The translations under genes were made by a program, and so were the position numbers. DNA of 64,000 nt from Nitrospirota bacterium (GTDB taxonomy: Bacteria; Nitrospirota; UBA9217): the NCBI GenBank assembly GCA_035623825.1, contig DASPSR010000065.1, positions 17,224 to 81,223 of the forward strand, written 5' to 3'. This document shows positions 40,370 through 48,432 of this stretch, one piece after another (position 1 is the stretch's first letter; the number at the start of each line of letters is the position of its first letter). The notes below the pieces were generated by a model. The model ran no database searches. It saw only the letters and a list, made by a program, of their open reading frames with translations, and was not told the DNA's origin.

Positions 40370-41281
40370 ATGCAGGATCGACAGGAACGCGCCGGGAAGA
40401 TCTTTCTCGGCGTCAGCATTGCAGGCGCTTTATACGTCCTCACGGAACTGGTCCTCCAAGCCTTCGGCACAAGCATCTGCCATACCAACGGTTGCAAGAC
40501 GGTTGCGCAGCATGCGAGGTTCGGCGATGCATCAATACTCGTCATGGGACTGGCGCTTTTTTCCTCGCTGGCAGCGCTCGACTTCGCGAGCCTTTATCGC
40601 GGCAGACGGGGACTGGACAAGTACGTTGATACTATCCTCGTCGCGGCGCTGGCGGGCGAAGGCTATTTTACAGGTTATCAGGCTTTCAGGATTCATGAAC
40701 CCTGTTTTTTCTGCCTGACCGTGTTCGGGCTGCTCGTCATCCTCGGCGTCGTGAGACTCATCTCAGGTAGGAGAGAGATCGTTGCCGGGTTTGCAGCCAT
40801 GGTCACGGTCTTCAGCCTCCTGTACATAATTCTCCCTGCCGGCGGCTCGGTGCATATCCCCGATGATGAGCAGTATGTCCTTTTCTACAGCAAAGACTGC
40901 AAGTACTGCGCCCAGGTTATTGACGATATCGAGAAGAATGCGATTCCCGTCAAACACATACTCGTGTCAGAGTACTCCTCCTACCTGAAGAGCATGGGAA
41001 TAGAGCATGTCCCGACGCTGTATGTCAACAATGGCTTCGAGAAGACCTTTCTGACCGGAAAGGACGCGATCGAGAGCTACCTGCTCTGCAAAACAAGGAA
41101 GGATCCGGTCCCGTCAGCGGTGCGCGCAAGCTCTGCCGCGCCGGCAGGCAAAGCTAAACGAACCGGGAGAGACGGGTCGTTATCAGATGAGAATTTTCTG
41201 AATTCCGGCGACAACTCATCGCAGATCCTCCTGCCTGCTCCCAAGGAAGGGATGTGCAAGGAAAACGAAAAGTGCAATTGA
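40370..41281 (+). CDS. VKOR-like membrane disulfide oxidoreductase fused to a thioredoxin-like domain
   Basis: Loop Cys pair ICHTNGC, TM CxxC (CFFC), five TM segments, then LFYSKDCKYC and cis-Pro motif VPTL. Confidence 0.78.
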   Translation: MQDRQERAGKIFLGVSIAGALYVLTELVLQAFGTSICHTNGCKTVAQHARFGDASILVMGLALFSSLAALDFASLYRGRRGLDKYVDTILVAALAGEGYFTGYQAFRIHEPCFFCLTVFGLLVILGVVRLISGRREIVAGFAAMVTVFSLLYIILPAGGSVHIPDDEQYVLFYSKDCKYCAQVIDDIEKNAIPVKHILVSEYSSYLKSMGIEHVPTLYVNNGFEKTFLTGKDAIESYLLCKTRKDPVPSAVRASSAAPAGKAKRTGRDGSLSDENFLNSGDNSSQILLPAPKEGMCKENEKCN

Positions 41282-41372
41282 TCCATGGTCCTTCGGACAC
41301 GACCTTACCTCATTCTGTCTCAGCCATACGTCCCCCGATTGCAATAAAGTGAAAAGTTGCAAATGCTGGAAA

Positions 41373-41402
41373 TTGACAGATTCTCGTAACAGTGTTTAAA
41401 TT
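41373..41402 (+). promoter_or_regulatory. Putative sigma70 promoter just upstream of the riboswitch
   Basis: TTGACA-17/18 bp-TTAAAT/TAAATT. Confidence 0.55.
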
Positions 41403-41409
41403 TAATTAG

Positions 41410-41490
41410 CCCCGATAAAGCCAACCCCTCGACGAAAAGGGGGCGGAAAGCGGCGGGTCTTAGAGATCAAGACGGCCGAGCTGCCGAAGG
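41410..41490 (+). ncRNA. Cyclic di-GMP-I (GEMM-I) riboswitch aptamer
   Basis: CGAUAAAGCCAA-P2(CCCCU/AGGGG)-GCGGAAAG-P3(GCGGC..GGUCU/AGAC.GCC..GCUGC)-CGAA matches the GEMM-I layout. Confidence 0.85.
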
Positions 41491-41520
41491 ATGAGCCTTT
41501 GGCACGCTCGGCCTTTTTTT
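41474..41520 (+). terminator. Intrinsic terminator overlapping the riboswitch 3' half (expression platform)
   Basis: GGCCGAGC-TGCCGAAGG/CCTTTGGCA-C-GCTCGGCC followed by T7. Confidence 0.88.
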
Positions 41521-41605
41521 GGTGGAGAGGGTGACGTCGGAAATCACGCTGTTCCCCGAGCCGCAAAGACACTGCGTCACTCTGCACAATTCACCTAAGG
41601 AGGAT

Positions 41606-42088
41606 ATGATGCATACCATCAAACGTATCCTCGTTGTGAGCAGAATGACCGGGCTCTGCGGGAACGCAGTGCATTATGGAATCTCGATGTCGAGACAGCT
41701 TGATGCGAAACTCTATATCCTGCACATAATGGATAATCCCTTCAAGTGCGGTCGGGGATGGAATCTCTCAGTACCGAGCCTGACAATTGCGAACGAGTAT
41801 GATAAAATGCTCCAGAAAACGAGGGAAGACCTGGATGAAATAATCAGAACCGAGCGGGTGAACGGCAATAATAATATCATTGAACTGATCAGGACAGGAG
41901 ACGCCGGAGAGGTCATCATGCAAATCGCTGATGAGGAGAACATCGATCTCATCATCATGTCGGCTCACAAGGAAGGGCGCCTGGAGCAAATCCTGTTCGG
42001 ATACAGCAACGAAAAGATCATCAGGAAGATGCCCTGTTCAATTCTTCTGGTAAAAACAGAGCCCGCAGTGATCGGCGTGGAATACTGA
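41606..42088 (+). CDS. Universal stress protein
   Basis: IKRILV, AKLYILHI, GDAGEVI, IDLIIMSAH, FGYSNEKIIRKMPCSILLVK; AAGGAGG RBS. Confidence 0.9.
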   Translation: MMHTIKRILVVSRMTGLCGNAVHYGISMSRQLDAKLYILHIMDNPFKCGRGWNLSVPSLTIANEYDKMLQKTREDLDEIIRTERVNGNNNIIELIRTGDAGEVIMQIADEENIDLIIMSAHKEGRLEQILFGYSNEKIIRKMPCSILLVKTEPAVIGVEY

Positions 42089-42456
42089 TTCCACGCATGC
42101 AATACATGTTCCGTGCAAAAATTATTTTGCTGTTGGCACGACTCACATCATCCCCGTCAGCAGGGGCGGCATGCTGGCATGCACCTACCGTATCGTTCAA
42201 TTATCTCAAAAACAGACATTTTGACTTTGACGAAATCCCCCTCTTTTAATCTTTATTTTCTCGGGGAATTTCGCTATACTTGCTATCAAATTAAACATCG
42301 ATCCTTTCTGAATCCGGCTAATTTGCAGGATCACGGGAAGCAGCTGGGTTGCTGAAGGGCGTCGGCTTCAGCGGGCCGGGACTCGGCGTGAATTTCCGCT
42401 TCTGACAAGAATCCGTTAGTGAGCTGAAACGAGACTGACTTAAGATAGGAGGAGCA

Positions 42457-42708
42457 GTGATTACCCTGGTTTTCGTTATCATCATCGTGGCTGTTGTTGC
42501 TATCTTTTCCATACAGAATTCGACTCCGGTTTCCGTCATGTTTCTGTCCTGGCATTTTGAGGCATCGCTCGCCATCATAATACTTTTATCGGTTCTCACG
42601 GGTCTCATCATCGGCATGATCGTTCTATTGTCTATACGATTCGTGCGTTCATCAAGAAAGAAAGGCAACCAAGAAAGCAAGGGCGTGTTCAAGGAAAAAC
42701 GCACATGA
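42457..42708 (+). CDS. LapA (DUF1049) family small membrane protein
   Basis: AIFSIQNSTPVSVMFLSW...SLAIIILLS..G; AGGAGG RBS, GTG start. Confidence 0.85.
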   Translation: MITLVFVIIIVAVVAIFSIQNSTPVSVMFLSWHFEASLAIIILLSVLTGLIIGMIVLLSIRFVRSSRKKGNQESKGVFKEKRT

Positions 42709-42812
42709 GGACCTTAGCAGACGCGATCATGTCAAGAATACTACAGTATCGGGTCGGGTGACCCACTCTCACACACTCACCTTCCCTTTCAATTATCGGG
42801 CCCGAGCAGCCG

Positions 42813-44063
42813 CTACCTGCCACGCCAACCATTGCTGGCGAACAACCCTGAGGAATAACGGCCTCCGCCTGTAAACGTCCTCGACGATGCGTTCGATCCC
42901 CCGGGCCGTCCTTCACCACGCATCAGTGGCGCTCTCGAAGAGACGAAAGGTCTGACTGATTCATTGCTTCCCCTCGTAGTAGCAGGTCTGGACATCCTCT
43001 GAGGTGTGCCTGGCGCGATATATCGCCTCATGCCTCCCTTAAAAGGCCCGGAGTACGACCTTCCGGGCGCGCTTGGCACGACAAACTGTCTCCCGCCGCC
43101 GCGGGCCATGGTGCCTTCAGGGACCATACCGGCTCGCGTGCGTTCTAGGCTCCTGGAATAGATCGTGCCAGCGCTCCTCCTCGCCTCTTGAGACCAGGAC
43201 CCTTCCGCCCTGAGCGTGCTATTCGCGGAAATTCCCGACCTCTCGGCCTGAGGGCCGGCGAGGCTGACCCCATTTCTCATGTCCGCGAGATTCCTAAACG
43301 TCCTGCCATCTTGGGACCGGAGCGTCGTTTCTGGTCGAACGGCACCTTCAGTCGTCCGCGTGACCGGATCGACCGTGGCGACGGTCCTGGTGTGCCGGTC
43401 AACGACATGGTTGCTCACGATGACCGGGCCGTGATTGACAACCACCACCCTCGTGAAGCTGTGGCACATGTAGTAGCCCGGGAACCAGAAACCGAACCAG
43501 AAGCTGGGATAGGGCACCCAATCATAAAGATACCCATAATATACGGGAGGCGGATAATAGGTTATGACCGGAGGGCCCTGATAGTAGTAGTATTGGTCGA
43601 CCATTTGCGAGTCGGGTGGTATTGGAGGGGCCATCGTGTTATCTTGAGGCGGGGCCTGCGGGCCAGCCGGGGCCGGCAGATTCATTTGCGCCGCTAAATA
43701 GTAGAGACCCTTATTGGCCTCCTCAGCAGACGTGGGCAGCTTACCTTCGGAGGCCGCCTTGTCAATAGAATCCCGGAGCTGACCTATGATCTCGGGTGTT
43801 ACCGGGTAATCCGAGAGCCACCCGTTCTGAGGTGCGACCCCAGCCCTGGCCAACATCTCCTCGGCAGAGGCTTCATCGGTTGGTGAGCCTAAATTGAGCG
43901 TGGCCGCCAGCTTAATGGCAAAATCGCCTTCGCGCACCAGCGCCTGAGCTACAGGAGGGACTTGTAGGTTCTCAGATATTTGCGACCCGTAGTCTTCAGC
44001 AAAGGCCGCGAAAGGATACAGGAGTAAGCTGGCTGCCACTATGACAGACAGCAATGTCTTCAT
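42813..44063 (-). CDS. Hypothetical secreted protein with Tyr/Pro/Trp-rich core and Arg/Gly/Ser-rich tail
   Basis: Signal peptide (AFA-E), AAGGAG RBS, 416-aa ORF. Confidence 0.75.
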   Translation of the reverse strand: MKTLLSVIVAASLLLYPFAAFAEDYGSQISENLQVPPVAQALVREGDFAIKLAATLNLGSPTDEASAEEMLARAGVAPQNGWLSDYPVTPEIIGQLRDSIDKAASEGKLPTSAEEANKGLYYLAAQMNLPAPAGPQAPPQDNTMAPPIPPDSQMVDQYYYYQGPPVITYYPPPVYYGYLYDWVPYPSFWFGFWFPGYYMCHSFTRVVVVNHGPVIVSNHVVDRHTRTVATVDPVTRTTEGAVRPETTLRSQDGRTFRNLADMRNGVSLAGPQAERSGISANSTLRAEGSWSQEARRSAGTIYSRSLERTRAGMVPEGTMARGGGRQFVVPSAPGRSYSGPFKGGMRRYIAPGTPQRMSRPATTRGSNESVRPFVSSRAPLMRGEGRPGGSNASSRTFTGGGRYSSGLFASNGWRGR

Positions 44064-44286
44064 ACTTCACTCCTTTATCTTATTATATTTTACCACACGC
44101 AACCCCATGAATCAATCGTCTGTCATATAAACAACAAACCTCCCAGAGCTTCGGGTTTCGAGTGATAACCTTCAGGTGTACAGATACAGCGGGAACTATC
44201 ATTGCTTGAACGGGATCGGACAGCTTTTCGACACTGCATTTCCGAATTATGAGCCTATGGGGACGTGATCCCGTTTTCATGCGGCA

Positions 44287-45237
44287 TCAGTATGGCCGGC
44301 CCCCTGCTCTCTGGGCCTCTATATAATGGGCTGCAGCCAGTGCTGCTATGCATCCGTCGGCGGCCGCGACCACGATCTGGTTCGCGAACTTTTGTCGCAG
44401 GTCTCCGGCAACGAAAATGCCCGGAACACTCGTCCCGCACTTCTCGTCCGTCACGACGAAGCCCATTTCGTTTATCCTGACCGCCGGGGGAATCAATCTA
44501 TTATTGGGAGAATAGCCAATAAAAATGAAGACGCCTTCCGTCGGGATCACTCCCTTTTCTCCGGTTTCAGTATTTTCGAAAGAGACGGCGCCGACCGTTC
44601 TTCCGTACCCCTTGATCTCCGTAATGATCGTGTTCCAGATCACTTCGATCCTTGGTTCCGTCATAAGACGGCCTTGAAGAATCTGACTTGCCCGGAGCAC
44701 ATTTGTCCTATGGATGAGATATACCTTCCTTGTCAGTCTTGACAGATAAAGCGCCTCCTCGACAGCGGTGTCCCCGCCCCCGACGACAACGACGGTCTTC
44801 TCCCTGAAGAAGAACCCATCGCAGGTGGCGCAGTAAGAAACTCCGCTGCCCAGATATTCCGCTTCCCCCGGGATGCCCAGCTTTCGAGCGGTCCCCCCCA
44901 GCGCCAGGATCAGCGCAACGGAATTAAACACATCGCCATTCGCAAGCCGTACCGAGTGAAGAACCGGTCCGGCGTCTACTGCTGCAATCTCTTGCTGGAC
45001 AATTCTCAGGCCGAATGACTGGGCATGATGAACGAGTTTCTCTGCCAAATCAAAGCCGGTTATGCCCTCCACGCCCGGGTAGTTCTCCACCTCCTTTGAT
45101 ATGGCAATCTGGCCGCCGATCAGCCCTTTCTCAAAAAGAATTGTCTTCAGCGCGGCTCTATTGCAATAAAGCCCGGCCGCAAGCCCGGCAGGCCCCCCTC
45201 CCACAATGATTACTTCATAAGTCTCCTTATTCACCAT
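44287..45237 (-). CDS. trxB: Thioredoxin-disulfide reductase
   Basis: GGGPAG, VENYPG, GVSYCATCDG, GGGDTAVEEA, FVAGD. Confidence 0.93.
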   Translation of the reverse strand: MVNKETYEVIIVGGGPAGLAAGLYCNRAALKTILFEKGLIGGQIAISKEVENYPGVEGITGFDLAEKLVHHAQSFGLRIVQQEIAAVDAGPVLHSVRLANGDVFNSVALILALGGTARKLGIPGEAEYLGSGVSYCATCDGFFFREKTVVVVGGGDTAVEEALYLSRLTRKVYLIHRTNVLRASQILQGRLMTEPRIEVIWNTIITEIKGYGRTVGAVSFENTETGEKGVIPTEGVFIFIGYSPNNRLIPPAVRINEMGFVVTDEKCGTSVPGIFVAGDLRQKFANQIVVAAADGCIAALAAAHYIEAQRAGGRPY

Positions 45238-45614
45238 AAAATTTCTCCTCAGGGGACAATTGGGCCGATCTTCACCACGCTCGACCCTAAAGGCGAAAAT
45301 CACCCATCTTTATTATATCTTATCGCGAATTTCAGCGCCGATTTGAAATACAGTGCCATTTCGGACATTTCAGCCTCGCGATGACATGAGCTAAATCTGG
45401 CGATGCTCTTGCAGGATCTGTCGATAGGAGGTTTAAAGGAGGAGGGCTAGTGGATGGCATATGACATATGATTCTGGGTCGGCTGACTTCTCTGACGCTT
45501 AATGTTTCATTCCGCTCTGTTCCTGCCCCGGCCTTGAGTCTTCGCGTTCGTCACATATCAAATCCTTACCATCTCCATGGATCATGGAAACCGCCGACAG
45601 GTGCCGGGATTTCA

Positions 45615-45767
45615 TTATTTGTCGAGGAGAATCAAAACGCCGGCGGCGATGGCCAAGATTGCCATGACGGTGCCACTGCTGGAGAAACTTAGATGAAGGA
45701 GCGGCATGATGCCCTTCAGAATGAGCCAGATCCCAAGCACAATCGCACCGAATTTTGAAAGTTTCAT
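45615..45767 (-). CDS. 50-aa two-TM small membrane protein
   Basis: Hand translation MKLSKFGAIVLGIWLILKGIMPLLHLSFSSSGTVMAILAIAAGVLILLDK*; GGAGG RBS; below the ORF-track cutoff. Confidence 0.75.
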   Translation of the reverse strand: MKLSKFGAIVLGIWLILKGIMPLLHLSFSSSGTVMAILAIAAGVLILLDK

Positions 45768-46202
45768 TTGTGGATCCTCCGTTATTTACGAAGCAGGAAC
45801 GACTTTTCGCAAGCAACGACAATGGCGAATCTCGTTAAAGATAGTATTATAAATTATTCTGAAAGGCAAGAGAATACACAGTGCACGCGATTTGGGAAGG
45901 TCTTGATTGTATTAGGAGAATACATTCAAAAAACACCTGTTTGGATCATCGCTGGATGCAAAACGAGCGGAATTGTTTTTTGCAGGTACCAAGTACCATC
46001 CGATGGAATTGCCGAAAATCCTCAAAAGCAAACGTGGATTTTTCCATAAATAAGTATTGAATCAAAAAATGAAATGTTGTAATATTAAAATAATGTGTTT
46101 TTTTGCTTTACCCGACCTCTTCTGGCCGGTTTCATCTAATCTATATGATTTATGATGAGGATTTCGACGCGATTCATGGTCTCTAATGTCAGGAGTTCAC
46201 GC

Positions 46203-46838
46203 GTGAAGAAAATAATTTTCCCACTCCTGTTTTTAACGGTCGCCGCAACAGCATACGCCGGTGACGACAAGGTCAAAGTCGCGAGCAGTAACAATGAGAT
46301 CAGCCGTGACACAAATAAAACCGTTTCCCCCCCCGTGGTGTCCGAGCAATACGAATACTACGAAATCAAGGGAAACAACGAGCAAGAATTGCGGAACCAG
46401 ATGTGCCGGAACGGCTGCAAGTTTACTGACGGGAAAAAATACGATTCCCTGACCACTTGGCGCGTGAAGCTGGACTACGGCTATGACAGAGCCGCCAAGA
46501 CCTGTGCAGCCGATTCCGTCAAAGTGAACGTTGCAATAAACTTCCGCTATCCTAAATGGGTGAGGACTGACGATGCTCCGCCGCAACTTGTGGCTAAATG
46601 GGATAACTACATGAAGAATCTCGTGATGCATGAAAACGAGCACCGCGACATAGCGGTGGCGGCGGCGAATGAACTTTCCAAGGCCGTGTCGGCACTTCCC
46701 CCTGCCTCCAGTTGTACCGAGCTCGACCAGCAAGTGCGGGCTATGAGCCGTGAGCGGCTGGAGAAGTTGAACGTTGATGAGAAGAAGCTGGATGAAACGA
46801 CTAGCCACGGCAAAACGGAAGGCGCGATGTTTCCCTAA
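46203..46838 (+). CDS. DUF922-like secreted Zn-dependent protease
   Basis: Signal peptide, YYEIKG, YPKW, HENEH (HExxH); AGGAG RBS before GTG. Confidence 0.8.
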   Translation: MKKIIFPLLFLTVAATAYAGDDKVKVASSNNEISRDTNKTVSPPVVSEQYEYYEIKGNNEQELRNQMCRNGCKFTDGKKYDSLTTWRVKLDYGYDRAAKTCAADSVKVNVAINFRYPKWVRTDDAPPQLVAKWDNYMKNLVMHENEHRDIAVAAANELSKAVSALPPASSCTELDQQVRAMSRERLEKLNVDEKKLDETTSHGKTEGAMFP

Positions 46839-46888
46839 CGGACTCGAGACGGCAGGTTGAAGAAGGTGAACTTCGGTAACTGGAAGAT

Positions 46889-46921
46889 AAAAAAAGCAGG
46901 CTGTAAGACAGCCTGCTTTTT
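46889..46921. terminator. Bidirectional intrinsic terminator between convergent genes
   Basis: A7-GCAGGCTGT-AAG-ACAGCCTGC-T5. Confidence 0.85.
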
Positions 46922-46959
46922 GATTTTGTGGGTGCGGGGAAATACCCCGTCATTGCAGA

Positions 46960-47349
46960 CTACGGAATATTATACGTATTCGACAATGTGTTTCCTCCTG
47001 GAATCGTGACAACATTATCCAGCTTCATGCCATGACCCAGACCCCGCGCCCATGAGCATTTCGGACCAAGGGCTTCTGAACTGAACGATACACCATTGTC
47101 CGGTGCGATATACGTAAGAGCATCATCCTCAACGACGCCGCGGAAATCACTGGTTGGTTCCATACCGCCTGCAGCGGCGCCTTCACACTGTATACCGCTG
47201 TCGACTGAACCGACGAACGTAACGCCATTGTCGAGGGCAGCATATGCAATGCCGTCATCCTGGATTACGCTGCGCATATCCTCCGCATAAACCAAACTGA
47301 CGGCAAGTACAAGCCCCATGGCCGCCAAAATCGGGATAAATTTCTTCAT
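46960..47349 (-). CDS. Hypothetical secreted protein with internal DNGV repeat
   Basis: Signal peptide (VYA-E), AAGGAGG RBS; DDGIAYAALDNGVTF / DDALTYIAPDNGVSF / LDNVVT. Confidence 0.75.
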   Translation of the reverse strand: MKKFIPILAAMGLVLAVSLVYAEDMRSVIQDDGIAYAALDNGVTFVGSVDSGIQCEGAAAGGMEPTSDFRGVVEDDALTYIAPDNGVSFSSEALGPKCSWARGLGHGMKLDNVVTIPGGNTLSNTYNIP

Positions 47350-47596
47350 ACAAATCGCCTCCTTCTTGTTCAAATCAGTGGTTAATTCAAGCCTAGCATA
47401 AAATTTTCTATTGTCAAGTAGTTAATAAACTTATGTACTACAAATATAGTATAAAGAATTATATAAGAAAATTCTTGGAACGCATGGTCTGTCATTGAAT
47501 TTCCACTCTGGTATGGAGAAAGTTCAGGGGTATGCGCAGATATTAAGAAGCGGGCGGCGAACGCGCCGCCGTTCCTCCCTCTGCGAAAGAATACAC

Positions 47597-48133
47597 CTAC
47601 CGATTGCTTATCGCGACCCTCGCCGCCTGAGGGCCTTCTTTCCCCTGTTCCTCGATGAACGTCACTTCAGTGCCGAATTTCAGCTTGCCGAAGTCGTCGT
47701 TAAGCACGCTGTTGCGGTGGAAATATATTTCACGGTCGTCAAATGTTTTTATGAAGCCGTAATCCGAGTCAGGAAAAATCTTGATTATGCGGCCGCCGGG
47801 CGGTGCTTCGTGGGCCTTGACAGAGCCGTGCAGACGGCGCCCATGCTCCTCGAGCTTCCTGACCGCGGCGTCAAAGGCGTCACGGACCGCGACATACGCA
47901 TCTTCGTTCTCTTCGCGGGTAACCGCCAGTTCCTTGCCGGGCACCGTGAGGTCGATCCGCACGCTGTATTGCTTACCCTGGTGGCGGCGCCGCTGCGATT
48001 CCTCGACCACGACCCTGCAGCTCATTATCCTTCCGTAAAATCTGTCGAGCTTGCCTGCTTTCTCGCTAATATTCGCCTCAATGGATTCGGAGCGAGGCAT
48101 GTTTCTAAAGGTGATTTGTAAGGGAATTCTCAT
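47597..48133 (-). CDS. HPF/RaiA ribosome-associated protein fused to a cold-shock domain
   Basis: LQITFRN...VRIDLTVPG...AVRDAFD, then YGFI..DREIYFHRNSV...GPQA. Confidence 0.9.
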   Translation of the reverse strand: MRIPLQITFRNMPRSESIEANISEKAGKLDRFYGRIMSCRVVVEESQRRRHQGKQYSVRIDLTVPGKELAVTREENEDAYVAVRDAFDAAVRKLEEHGRRLHGSVKAHEAPPGGRIIKIFPDSDYGFIKTFDDREIYFHRNSVLNDDFGKLKFGTEVTFIEEQGKEGPQAARVAISNR

Positions 48134-48432
48134 ACCTATGTCCTCTCTCTCGGCATGCCTTCATGCCCTTGATAAGAACTTTAATCCTGACGAGGCCGCA
48201 CCCCTTTTTGTGTTGGGACCGGCGGCCTTCTCGAGACGACCACGGTTACCGACGCTCTCTCGCTTTTTGAGTGCAAATCGACTATTATGCTCTCCACCAC
48301 ATACCATATACCATCATTACGGTCTCTATATTAATTGTATCATAAGAGGGGTATCTGACAGGCTCTTTATGTTGACCGCATCGTTCCTGAATGATCGTAA
48401 GCTCACCGAACCCTTCTAGTGGTTGTCTTCAG

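Noticed and set aside
47433-47455. Palindrome TACTA-CAAATA-TAGTA as an NrdR- or LexA-type operator
   Set aside because: Spacing does not fit the NrdR consensus, the region is AT-rich, and the adjacent genes do not fit either regulon
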